DNA of 64,000 bases from Accumulibacter sp. GTDB lineage: Bacteria; Pseudomonadota; Gammaproteobacteria; Burkholderiales; Rhodocyclaceae. Shown one piece after another: positions 47,524 to 56,430 of this stretch. A program made the translations under genes and the position numbers. Under the pieces are notes generated by a model. That model did no database searches. It was not told the origin of the DNA and worked only from the letters and a program-made list of their open reading frames with translations. Every line of letters starts with the position of its first letter. The first letter of the stretch is position 1. The DNA is taken from NCBI RefSeq assembly GCF_023806565.1, contig NZ_JAMTDV010000114.1, positions 6,057-70,056 on the forward strand, given 5' to 3'.

Positions 47524-48128
47524 ACAGGTTGCTGATTGCCACCTGCCTGCTCGCTGGTTGCGCCGGCGGTGGGCACAACGCATCGCCGCCCGAAGTTTAC
47601 GATTTCGGCTTGCCCGTCGCGCGGCTGGCAGTCGACGCTCGCTGGGCGAACGTCGCACTCGAGGTCAGCGCGTCACCGTGGCTCGACTCGCGGGAGATCG
47701 AATATCGCCTGCTCTACGAAGACCCGCTCAAGTTGCGGAGCTACAGCGCAAGCCGGTGGGCGGCGGCACCGAGACTGTTGCTGTCGCAGCGTCTGCGCCA
47801 GCAACTCGGCCTTGTCGGCGCCGGCGCCCCGGCCGCGTGCCTGCTGCGACTGGATCTGCAGGAATTCTCGCAGGTGTTCGCCACGCCAGCCAGCAGCCGT
47901 GCCATGCTGCTCGGTCGCGCGAGCCTGGTCGATGCCAGGCGCCAACTGATCGGCGAGCGCCCGCTAGCCATCGAGCAGCCGGCGCCGACCGCCGACGCGC
48001 GCGGTGGCGTCGTTGCGCTGGTTGCGGCCAGCGACGATCTCGGCCGGCAATTCGCTGCCTGGTTGAATGATCTGGAGAAACATGGCAGGCTGCAGGGCTG
48101 CCGGTCGAAGGCAGGGGAAAGCCAATGA
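47520..48128 (+). CDS. ABC-type transport auxiliary lipoprotein
   Basis: Lipobox MNRLLIATCLLAGCAG. Its start overlaps the upstream stop (ATGA at 47520-47523). This is the usual fourth gene of this Mla/MCE-type system. Confidence 0.75.
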   Translation: MNRLLIATCLLAGCAGGGHNASPPEVYDFGLPVARLAVDARWANVALEVSASPWLDSREIEYRLLYEDPLKLRSYSASRWAAAPRLLLSQRLRQQLGLVGAGAPAACLLRLDLQEFSQVFATPASSRAMLLGRASLVDARRQLIGERPLAIEQPAPTADARGGVVALVAASDDLGRQFAAWLNDLEKHGRLQGCRSKAGESQ

Positions 48129-48157
48129 TGTTCATCACTTGAGAGGAGAAGCTGGGG

Positions 48158-49795
48158 ATGCCAAATATCTACCGAGAAGGTCTCGACAAGAATACGGCCA
48201 ACTACACGCCGCTGACGCCGCTGACTTTCATTGCCCGTTCCGCCTACGTGCATCCGCAGCGGACGGCAGTGATCCATGGTCAGCGGCGTTACAACTGGCT
48301 GGAGACCTTCACGCGGGCTCGCCGCCTGGCGTCGGCCCTGAGCAACTGCGGTGTCGGGGAGGGCGATACCGTCGCGGTGATGCTCAACAACACGCCGGAG
48401 ATGGTCGAGTGCCACTTTGGCGTACCAGTGACCGGCGCCGTGCTGAACACCCTCAATACCCGCCTGGATGCCGAAACCATTGCCTTCATGCTGGACCACG
48501 GTGAGGCCAAGGTCCTGATCACCGACCGCGAATACTCGCCGACCGTGAAAAAGGCGCTGGCTCTCGTACAGCACCCGATCCTGGTGATCGACGTCGACGA
48601 TCCAGAGTACGATGGTCCGGGCGAACGTCTGGCCAGTCAGGAGTACGAGCAGTTCATTGCCGCTGGCAGCCCCGACTTTCCCTGGAGTGGCCCGGCCGAC
48701 GAGTGGGACGCCATCTCGCTCAATTACACGTCGGGAACTACCGGCAATCCGAAGGGTGTCGTCTACCATCACCGTGGTGCCTACCTGAATTCGATGAGCA
48801 ACATCGTCAGTTGGGGAATGCCGCCGCATTCGGTTTACCTGTGGACACTGCCGATGTTTCACTGCAACGGCTGGTGCTTCGTCTGGACGATGGCGGCCAA
48901 CGCCGGAACCAACGTCTGTCTGCGCCGCGTCGATCCGAAGCTGATTTTCGCTGCCATCCGCGAGCATGGCGTCACCCATTACTGCGGCGCGCCGATCGTG
49001 CACAGCCTGATGGCGAATGCCCCCGCCGAGCTGCGCGCCGGCATCACGCAGACGGTTTCCGGCCTGATCGCGGCGGCGCCGCCGCCGGCGGCGGTCATCG
49101 AGGCAATGGCGAAGATCGGCGTTGATCTCACTCATGTCTATGGTTTGACCGAAACCTACGGGCCGGCCGCGGTCTGTGCCAAGCACAGCCACTGGGCCAG
49201 TCTGCCGCTGGCCGAACAGGTGGACCTGAACGGCCGTCAGGGCGTGCGCTATCATGCCCAGGAAGCGATCACCGTGCTCGATCCGGCGACCATGGAGCCG
49301 GTTCCCTGGGATCACGAGACGATGGGCGAAATCATGTTCCGTGGCAATCTGGTCATGAAGGGTTATCTCAAGAACGCGAAGGCGACCGAGGAATCGTTCG
49401 CCGGTGGCTGGTATCACACCGGCGACCTGGCCGTGATGCACAGCGACGGCTATGTGAAGATCAAGGATCGCTCGAAGGACGTGATCATCTCCGGCGGCGA
49501 AAACATTTCGTCGATCGAGGTGGAGGATGTCCTCTACAAGCATCCGGCGGTGATCGCTGCGGCCGTCGTCGCGACTCCCGATCCGACCTGGGGTGAGGTT
49601 CCCTGTGCCTTCCTCGAGTTGCGCGAGGGAGCGTCGGTCAGCGAGGCAGAGGTGATCGATTTTTGTCGCCAGAACATGGCACGCTTCAAGATTCCCAAGC
49701 GGGTGATCTTCTGCACTCTGCCGAAGACCTCGACCGGAAAGATCCAGAAGTACGTGTTGCGCGAACAGGCAAAGTCGTCTGCCGCGATCGAATAA
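48158..49795 (+). CDS. Acyl-CoA synthetase (AMP-forming, ANL superfamily)
   Basis: AMP-binding motif YTSGTTGNPKGV, plus YGLTET, GWYHTGD and a C-terminal PKTSTGKIQK. Confidence 0.88.
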   Translation: MPNIYREGLDKNTANYTPLTPLTFIARSAYVHPQRTAVIHGQRRYNWLETFTRARRLASALSNCGVGEGDTVAVMLNNTPEMVECHFGVPVTGAVLNTLNTRLDAETIAFMLDHGEAKVLITDREYSPTVKKALALVQHPILVIDVDDPEYDGPGERLASQEYEQFIAAGSPDFPWSGPADEWDAISLNYTSGTTGNPKGVVYHHRGAYLNSMSNIVSWGMPPHSVYLWTLPMFHCNGWCFVWTMAANAGTNVCLRRVDPKLIFAAIREHGVTHYCGAPIVHSLMANAPAELRAGITQTVSGLIAAAPPPAAVIEAMAKIGVDLTHVYGLTETYGPAAVCAKHSHWASLPLAEQVDLNGRQGVRYHAQEAITVLDPATMEPVPWDHETMGEIMFRGNLVMKGYLKNAKATEESFAGGWYHTGDLAVMHSDGYVKIKDRSKDVIISGGENISSIEVEDVLYKHPAVIAAAVVATPDPTWGEVPCAFLELREGASVSEAEVIDFCRQNMARFKIPKRVIFCTLPKTSTGKIQKYVLREQAKSSAAIE

Positions 49796-49889
49796 GCCGC
49801 CGCGGCGGCTGCCGTCGACCGGCGACACAGCCGGTCGAGCGGCGGCGCCGGCTGGCCAGTCGGCTACGATTAGTACAAAGGAGAGCAGG

Positions 49890-50690
49890 ATGAATACCGT
49901 GACGTCCAACCCCGATGAGCCCTACGTGCTGCGCGCCGATCGCGACGGCATTGCCACGCTGACGCTGAATCGCGCCGGCCAGTTCAACGCCCTCTCGCAG
50001 GCAATGATCGACGCGCTGCAATGTGAGCTCGACGCCATCGCCGCGGATCCGGCGGTTCGTGTGCTGGTCATCGCTGGCGCCGGCAAGGCTTTCTGCGCCG
50101 GACACGATCTCAAGGAGATGCGTGCCAATCACGAGAAGGCGTTCCTGCGGGATCTGTTCCGCCGCTGCGGCAGGATGATGATGACGCTCATCGAAATGCC
50201 ACAGCCGGTCATTGCGCGGGTGCACGGCATCGCCACGGCCGCTGGTTGCCAACTGGTGTCGATGTGCGACCTGGCGGTCGCGGTCGAGAGCGCCCGCTTT
50301 GCCACCTCGGGGATCAACGTCGGGTTGTTCTGCGCCACCCCCGCAGTCGGACTGTCGCGCAACCTGGGGCGTAAGCAGGCGCTGGAGATGCTGCTCACCG
50401 GCGATTTCATTGACGCCCGCAGTGCGCTGCAACAAGGCCTGGTGAATCGGGTCGTTGCCGCCGATGCCCTCGATGCCGAGGTCGAGAGTCTTGCGCGTTC
50501 GATCGTGGCGAAGTCTTCGGTGGCCATCGGCATGGGCAAGCAGATGTTCTACAAGCAGCTCGAAATGGGGCTGGAAGCGGCGTACCAGTACGCTTCCGAA
50601 GTAATGGCCTGCAACATGATGACCGACGATGCCGGCGAGGGGATCGACGCTTTCATCGGCAAACGCAAGGCGGAGTGGAAGGGAAGGTAA
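49890..50690 (+). CDS. Enoyl-CoA hydratase/isomerase (crotonase) family protein
   Basis: Crotonase fold motifs: VIAGAGKAFCAGHDLKEM, VHGIATAAGCQLV, FIGKRK. Confidence 0.88.
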   Translation: MNTVTSNPDEPYVLRADRDGIATLTLNRAGQFNALSQAMIDALQCELDAIAADPAVRVLVIAGAGKAFCAGHDLKEMRANHEKAFLRDLFRRCGRMMMTLIEMPQPVIARVHGIATAAGCQLVSMCDLAVAVESARFATSGINVGLFCATPAVGLSRNLGRKQALEMLLTGDFIDARSALQQGLVNRVVAADALDAEVESLARSIVAKSSVAIGMGKQMFYKQLEMGLEAAYQYASEVMACNMMTDDAGEGIDAFIGKRKAEWKGR

Positions 50691-50849
50691 GTCTGCGCGG
50701 CGTCGGCATCCCGCCGTGGCACTGTCCAAGGGTGGGGCGCCCGCCGGCTACGGCCGTGCTGAGGCCCATCAGGTGGTCGCTGTCGTCCGATGCTGCGCTC
50801 ATCGGCACCGTGGTCGACCGGTGCCCGCTGTCGGGACAGATCGAAGCCC

Positions 50850-50873
50850 GGAGCCCCGCCATGGCGGGGCTCC
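50850..50873. repeat. Perfect 24-nt palindrome between convergent genes (possible bidirectional hairpin)
   Basis: GGAGCCCCGCCATGGCGGGGCTCC is its own reverse complement. It has no adjacent U-tract. Confidence 0.4.
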
Positions 50874-50903
50874 ACGAGCTTGCAGCAGGTGCTTTCTGCC
50901 GGA

Positions 50904-51599
50904 TCAGGCCTTTCGCTGCCGTACGGCAGCCAACGCTGCGACACCCAGCCAGACCAGTGCCATTGACCCTGGCTCGGGGACTTCGCCGCCGATGGCCCCC
51001 CCGATGCCCCATGACGAACCGATCGCGGCGTTCAGCGCCGAAAGCGCGTTGCCGTTCAGATTGATCACGACCTGCATGTTCACGTCGGCTGCAGTGGCGT
51101 TGAACACGCCGTACGACACGCCCGAGCCGAGGTCTGCGTAAATATCGGTGCGGCCCACGCCGCTGGCGGCGACGTCGTTCAGGTCGGTGAAAACGTCAAA
51201 GAAGCTCACCGGCAGAAAAGCGCCGCCATAGTAGCCGGAGGGCCCATTGCCGATGTTCAGCGCGGCCGACAGGATGGAACCGCGGACCGTCGACAGATCG
51301 AAAATGAAAAAATCGCGGTGGTCCAGATTATCGCCAGAGCAGGTGTCGCTGCTGCCACAGACACCGACGATGTAGTTGGGGTTGAAAGAACTGTGCGCGC
51401 CGTTTTGGTCCCACCAGCCAGTACTGCTGGCACCGATCGAGACCGACCCGGTGGTGGTGGTCAGCTCGAGCGTTTGCGTGCCGAACGGGCTGTACGAGAA
51501 GAAAGCGTTGGACAAGCCTGCGTGGCTCGGCATGGCGGCCGCCATCAGGCCAAGAGCCAGGGAAACGCTGGGGAGTAGCTTCGGGAAGTTCGGTTTCAT
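50904..51599 (-). CDS. PEP-CTERM sorting-domain secreted protein
   Basis: Signal peptide MKPNFPKLLPSVSLALGLMAAAMPSHA. C-terminus: VPEPGSMALVWLGVAALAAVRQRKA. Confidence 0.8.
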   Translation of the reverse strand: MKPNFPKLLPSVSLALGLMAAAMPSHAGLSNAFFSYSPFGTQTLELTTTTGSVSIGASSTGWWDQNGAHSSFNPNYIVGVCGSSDTCSGDNLDHRDFFIFDLSTVRGSILSAALNIGNGPSGYYGGAFLPVSFFDVFTDLNDVAASGVGRTDIYADLGSGVSYGVFNATAADVNMQVVINLNGNALSALNAAIGSSWGIGGAIGGEVPEPGSMALVWLGVAALAAVRQRKA

Positions 51600-51905
51600 A
51601 GGATTTCTCTCTTTCGTGAGCGTGAACTGTGTGTGTGAATTGATTCCTCACCCGCAGTGAGAAGAGTCCAAAACGGATGCGGTATTCACATAAGCATAGT
51701 TTATACCAATGCCGTACCATGCTGGTTTAAAAACATTTTATGGGGTGCGTTTCACACTTTGCCCGCAACGTGTCAAATTCTTCGACACGCGAGTCTGTCG
51801 GCGTTCCCTGCTTCGACCTGCTTCCCGCTAACGGTCATGGTTCTTGCAGGCACCCCGATCATGAAAGCCCTCCTGGCCTTGGTCATCATCGGCTGTGGAT
51901 TCTTC

Positions 51906-52511
51906 CTACGCTGGTACGTCAATCACGCCGGTGAAGAACTCGATGGCCGTGCGGGCAACCCGCGAGGTATCGTAGTAGGCGTAAGCGCCGGCGCCAAGCG
52001 CGCCGACCACCGGGATCCAGCGCGAAATTCCCTTGCCGATAAGGCGTTGCGAAATGTGCAGGCCGATCTTCAGCGCCACCGACCGGGTGTCGGGACGCGC
52101 GGCGCGCTGGACGACATAGCGCTTGCCGATCTCGGCTACCAGATCGCGCACGGCCTGTGGGTCGGTATGCCGGAACAGGCAATAGAGCATCTCTGCGCGC
52201 TTCAACTCGGCGGTCTTGCCATAGCAGGCGGCGATGTCGGCGACCATCTGCGTCTGCAACTTCCACAGCGAACGCAGTTCCGGGAGCAGGGTCAGCCAGC
52301 CGAGCGGGCCGGGCGGCAGCGTCAGGCTGCCGGCCGTCAGGGCTGCGTGTCGGGTGGCATGGCGGGCAATTGCACGCGCCCTCCTCGCGGGTTTCCGTCG
52401 CACCTGCTCGGTGCTGGCCGGTGTCTGACCGACATAGTCGAGAATCACCTCGGCGATTCGTTGGCTGGCGCTGAGGTCAGCGTTATTTTCTTCGGAGGAT
52501 CTGTCGGGCAT
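51906..52511 (-). CDS. EcsC-family protein (tentative)
   Basis: 201 aa. The region LPPGPLGWLTLLPELRSLWKLQTQMVADIAACYG...IPVVGALGAGAYAYYDT resembles my memory of the EcsC family. Confidence 0.55.
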   Translation of the reverse strand: MPDRSSEENNADLSASQRIAEVILDYVGQTPASTEQVRRKPARRARAIARHATRHAALTAGSLTLPPGPLGWLTLLPELRSLWKLQTQMVADIAACYGKTAELKRAEMLYCLFRHTDPQAVRDLVAEIGKRYVVQRAARPDTRSVALKIGLHISQRLIGKGISRWIPVVGALGAGAYAYYDTSRVARTAIEFFTGVIDVPA

Positions 52512-52550
52512 GCTCGACTGCCTGCGGATAATCAGTGGCGTAGGGGATGA

Positions 52551-53204
52551 CTAGCGGTCGGTATTGCCTTCGTTGGCTGCGGACCGGCGCCAGACGCTGG
52601 CGAGCCAGGGTTGCTGCGCTCGTGGCAGACCGGCTGGTCGATAGTAGTGCTCGAGTTCGACGAAGGCGGCAGCGGAGAGCAGGCGACGCCAGGCCGAGAA
52701 GTCGTGATGGACCGCATAGCGTTCTTCGGCCCAGCCTTCCTCGTTGTTGCCGCGTGGGTTCGAGCAAAACAGCACGCCGTCCGGCTTGAGCGTTGCATGC
52801 AGTTGCCGGAGAACGCGTGGCAATTCCTGGCTGGGGACGTGAAACAGCGACGCATTGGCGAATATTCCGTCGAAGTGGCACGGTGGCAGCTCCAGTTTGA
52901 GGAAATCCTGCAGCCAGACGGTGCAGCCGCTTTCGGCACGGGCCATGGCAACGAAGGACGGCGTCCCGTCCAGCCCGATCGCCCGATGCCCGAGGCGGGT
53001 AAAGGCCTTCAGGTCGCGACCCGGACCACAGCCGAAATCGAGAATGGTGAAAGGCGCCTGGCCACGGAGATGGTGCAGCAGCGCCGCGATGTTCTGGCTC
53101 ACGTCGTGGTCGCGCGTGCCCTCGCGGAAACCCTCGGCGCGCCGGTCGTAGTACGCCAGCGTGCGGGCGCTGATCTGTTCGAGTTGGTCAGGATCGATGG
53201 GCAC
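52551..53204 (-). CDS. Class I SAM-dependent methyltransferase
   Basis: Motif I ILDFGCGPGRD, then post-I GLDG and motif II/III DGIFANASLFHV...LKPDGVLF. Confidence 0.8.
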   Translation of the reverse strand: MPIDPDQLEQISARTLAYYDRRAEGFREGTRDHDVSQNIAALLHHLRGQAPFTILDFGCGPGRDLKAFTRLGHRAIGLDGTPSFVAMARAESGCTVWLQDFLKLELPPCHFDGIFANASLFHVPSQELPRVLRQLHATLKPDGVLFCSNPRGNNEEGWAEERYAVHHDFSAWRRLLSAAAFVELEHYYRPAGLPRAQQPWLASVWRRSAANEGNTDR

Positions 53205-53559
53205 GTCTCACGCCCCGTGGCAGCAAGGAAAATGGCGAAATCGCCTGAGTGCGATGGTAAACCATTGCCCGCAAGTCATGCGCGCGATGTCGCCTCGCTC
53301 GCTTTGCCGCCGTGCGCCTGCGGCCGACCACACGCAGTCGTCCTGTCGCAATTCGCCCGCTGACGCCGCCGACCACCCGCTCGTTCGGCTCCGATACGCT
53401 GCAGCCACCGCCCGGTGCACCGCGGTGGTGGTGGACAATCGTTTCCGGATGTGCGAATCTCGCCCAATCAGCATAAACATGGCCGCGCTTACTGGTAGCC
53501 TGATCGTGCCCTTGCAAGCCACATGTCCATGACCATCAGAGCCCAATCAGACTCCTCGC

Positions 53560-54651
53560 ATGCGCGATAGCAAGCGGGGAGAGCAGCGGCAGCGCCTTCT
53601 TCGGCTGCAGGAAGCAGACGTGCGCGTGGTGACGTCATTGCAGAGAATCGTTCTGCGCATCGTCTGGGCAGGTCTTGCGGTGCTCGCCCTGATCGGCATC
53701 GGGACGATCGGCTTCTATCAGATTGGTGGCGATACCGGCAACTGGTCCGATGCGCTGTACATGACGCTGATCACGATCTCGACGGTGGGCTACGGCGAGA
53801 TCATTCCGCTCCACTCGCTGGAGGATCGCCTTTTCGCCGGTTTCATTGCCATTTCCGGTCTGGGCGCGCTGACGTTCTTGTTCACCAGCCTGTCGGTGTT
53901 CTTCCTCGAGAAGGACCTCGATCATTCCCTTCGGAGGCGACGGATGGAAAAACGCATCCAGAAGCTGCGGCAGCATTTCATCATTTGCGGTTTCGGCCGG
54001 GTCGGACGTAGTGTCGGACGCGAGCTGCAGAATACCGGCCGTCATTTTGTCGCCATCGATACCGAGGAGCAGCGATTCGAGGAGAGTCTCGAAAAGTTCC
54101 CGGCGCTCCTGTATCTGCAGGGTGACGCATCCGATGACGATCTTCTCGAAGCGGCGGACATCGAGGATGCCAGAGGACTGTTTGCGGTCACCGGCGACGA
54201 TTCGCGAAATCTGATGATCATCATCACCGCCAGGCAGCTCAACGCTGGGTTGCGCATCGTGGCGCGTGCCCAGGAGCAGAGGAACATAGAGAAAATGCGC
54301 AAGGCGGGGGCCAACGAAGTCATCTCGCCCGACTTCACCGGCGGCATCCGCCTGGCGTCGGCGATGGTCAGGCCGCATGTCGTCGGATTTCTCGACGAGA
54401 TGATTCGGTCGGACAAGAATGTGCGCATCGAGGAAGTGCCGGTACCGGCCAATTTTCCGCAGACGCGAGTCGGCGACCTGCGCCTGCGCAGTCCCGACTA
54501 CATCTTGCTGGCGGTGCGCGAAAAGGATGGCGCCTGGGTATTCAATCCGAAGGTGGACGACATCGTCCAGGCCGGCGCCACGATCATCGCGCTGGCCAAT
54601 CCGTCGGGACGCGCCCAGCTCAAGGCGCATCTGATCGAAAAGATGTCCTGA
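53560..54651 (+). CDS. Potassium channel with RCK/TrkA-N domains
   Basis: Selectivity filter TISTVGYGE between two TM helices. Rossmann motif IICGFGRVGRSVGREL. A second RCK_C-like region follows. Confidence 0.85.
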   Translation: MRDSKRGEQRQRLLRLQEADVRVVTSLQRIVLRIVWAGLAVLALIGIGTIGFYQIGGDTGNWSDALYMTLITISTVGYGEIIPLHSLEDRLFAGFIAISGLGALTFLFTSLSVFFLEKDLDHSLRRRRMEKRIQKLRQHFIICGFGRVGRSVGRELQNTGRHFVAIDTEEQRFEESLEKFPALLYLQGDASDDDLLEAADIEDARGLFAVTGDDSRNLMIIITARQLNAGLRIVARAQEQRNIEKMRKAGANEVISPDFTGGIRLASAMVRPHVVGFLDEMIRSDKNVRIEEVPVPANFPQTRVGDLRLRSPDYILLAVREKDGAWVFNPKVDDIVQAGATIIALANPSGRAQLKAHLIEKMS

Positions 54652-54830
54652 AGCAATGCGTGATGGCGGCGGCGCGCAGGGTGTTGCCGGCATTCTTTCC
54701 TGTGCTACTCTTGACAAGCGCTACAGATCGGCAAGCTGCCCGCAGTGCGTGGCTCGCTGACCGGCCGGAACCAAGGGAAGTGTCCGACTGACCCGGGAGT
54801 CTGCACTCTCCCCCAGCACGAGGCTTCGCG

Positions 54831-56306
54831 ATGGCGACTGAAACCGAGATCAAGCTGTCCCTGTCCGCCCGCTCGGCAAACGAACTGGCGAAACACGCCC
54901 TGCTGAATGGCGTTGCGCCGCAGCGGCAATTGCTGGTCAACACCTATTACGAGACTCCGGACAATCGCCTGCGAAATCAGGGAGTGGTTGTTCGCCACCG
55001 TCAGAAAGGCAAGCAGTGCCTGCTGACCGTCAAGACGGCCCCGGAGCTGACCGCCGGCTTGGCCCGGCGCAGCGAATGGGAGTTTCCCAGCCGGGCGGGA
55101 GAATTCGATTTCTCGCAGGTGGATAACGGCAGCATCCGCACGCTGCTCGAATCGGCGCGAAGCGAGCTGCGCCCCGTTTCCACCACGCGTTTCCGTCGCG
55201 ATAGCTGGTTGCTCGATCCGCGTACCGGCGTCCGCATCGAGCTGGCCCTTGACCGCGGCTGGATTGAGGCGGGCGGTCGGCGCGAGGCGGTTCGCGAGAT
55301 CGAGCTGGAACTGCTCACCGGCTCCCTCGCCGATCTGTTCGCGCTGGTCGCCGATTTGCAGGCAAGCGTGCCGTTGCACCCCGAAGTGCTCAGCAAGTCC
55401 GAGCGCGCGCACCGTTTGCTGCTCGCGCAGCCGTTGACTGCGGTAAAGTCGCTGCCCGTGCCGCTTGCCGCAGAGATGCCGAGCATCGCCGCATTTCGTA
55501 CGATCGTCCTGGCCTGTCTCGGCCACCTGCAGAGCAACGAAAAAGGTGTCTGCGAGAGCGAGGATCCGGAATTCGTGCACCAGGCACGAGTCGCCATCCG
55601 CCGCCTGCGGTCGGCGATCCGCCTCTGGCAGCCGCTGTTGCCAGAAGAGTTCGTCGCACGCTTCGATCCGCTCTGGCGGGATCTCGGGACGAAACTCGGC
55701 GAGACGCGGAACTGGGATGTCTTTCGCGACGAAACGCTGCCGATTCTGGGCGAGGCTTTTCCCGGCAGCGATCTCGACAGACTTGCCCGGCATGCCGTCA
55801 AGAGCTGCGCGAACAGTCGCCGGGATACGCGGAAGGCGCTCAGGTCGCCAGAGTACAGCCGCCTGCTGATCGGCTTTACGGCAGCGGTGCTCGGGTTGAC
55901 CGCGGCCGGCGCCGGGAAGCTCGGGGTCTTCGTGCCACCGTGCCTCAAGCGGCGTGCGAAGCGGGTCAAGGAGCGCGCACGGGCTGCGGCCGGGCCTGAC
56001 GTTGCGGCACGCCATCGGTTGCGCGTGGCGTTCAAGCAGTTGCGTTACGCGGTGGAGTTCTTCAGCCCGATTCTTTCCGCTCCGCACCTGAACAGGTACC
56101 TGCAGGCGGCAACCGCCCTGCAGGAATTGCTCGGCCGTCTGAACGACCTGGCGGTTGCTTCACAACTGATTTCCGAAGCGCTTCCCGGGAGAAAAGGCGA
56201 GGCGATCGTGCACTGGCTGGCGATCCGCAGTGAGTCGCTCCTCCCGGAATTCGGCAGGCTGCTCGACGAGTTCCAGCAACAGCGGGCGCCCTGGAAAGTG
56301 CCTTAG
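54831..56306 (+). CDS. CYTH plus CHAD domain protein (triphosphate tunnel metalloenzyme fused to a polyphosphate-granule-associated CHAD domain)
   Basis: N-terminal ExExK motif (MATETEIKLSL) and REIELEL. The C-terminal helical region has the conserved CHAD motifs HQARVAIRRLRSAIRLW and HRLRVAFKQLRYAVEFF. Confidence 0.85.
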   Translation: MATETEIKLSLSARSANELAKHALLNGVAPQRQLLVNTYYETPDNRLRNQGVVVRHRQKGKQCLLTVKTAPELTAGLARRSEWEFPSRAGEFDFSQVDNGSIRTLLESARSELRPVSTTRFRRDSWLLDPRTGVRIELALDRGWIEAGGRREAVREIELELLTGSLADLFALVADLQASVPLHPEVLSKSERAHRLLLAQPLTAVKSLPVPLAAEMPSIAAFRTIVLACLGHLQSNEKGVCESEDPEFVHQARVAIRRLRSAIRLWQPLLPEEFVARFDPLWRDLGTKLGETRNWDVFRDETLPILGEAFPGSDLDRLARHAVKSCANSRRDTRKALRSPEYSRLLIGFTAAVLGLTAAGAGKLGVFVPPCLKRRAKRVKERARAAAGPDVAARHRLRVAFKQLRYAVEFFSPILSAPHLNRYLQAATALQELLGRLNDLAVASQLISEALPGRKGEAIVHWLAIRSESLLPEFGRLLDEFQQQRAPWKVP

Positions 56307-56430
56307 ACCGCCGCCATCCGGCGAGCCCGGCACCCGTTTGGCGGCTGTCGCGGCGGGCCAGAAGCAGTTCCTTCCACTCCGGATGACGTCATACCGCTCC
56401 TCAGAGGACTTTTATTCAGGAGTCATGCAA

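Noticed and set aside
53205-53559. The 355-bp untranslated region upstream of the K+ channel as a possible riboswitch or sRNA. It contains track ORFs 53161..53532(+) and 53208..53546(-).
   Set aside because: I found no recognisable riboswitch consensus, no terminator-like hairpin with a U-tract, and the small ORFs have non-coding-like composition. It is most simply a divergent promoter region. A covariance-model (Rfam) scan would settle it.
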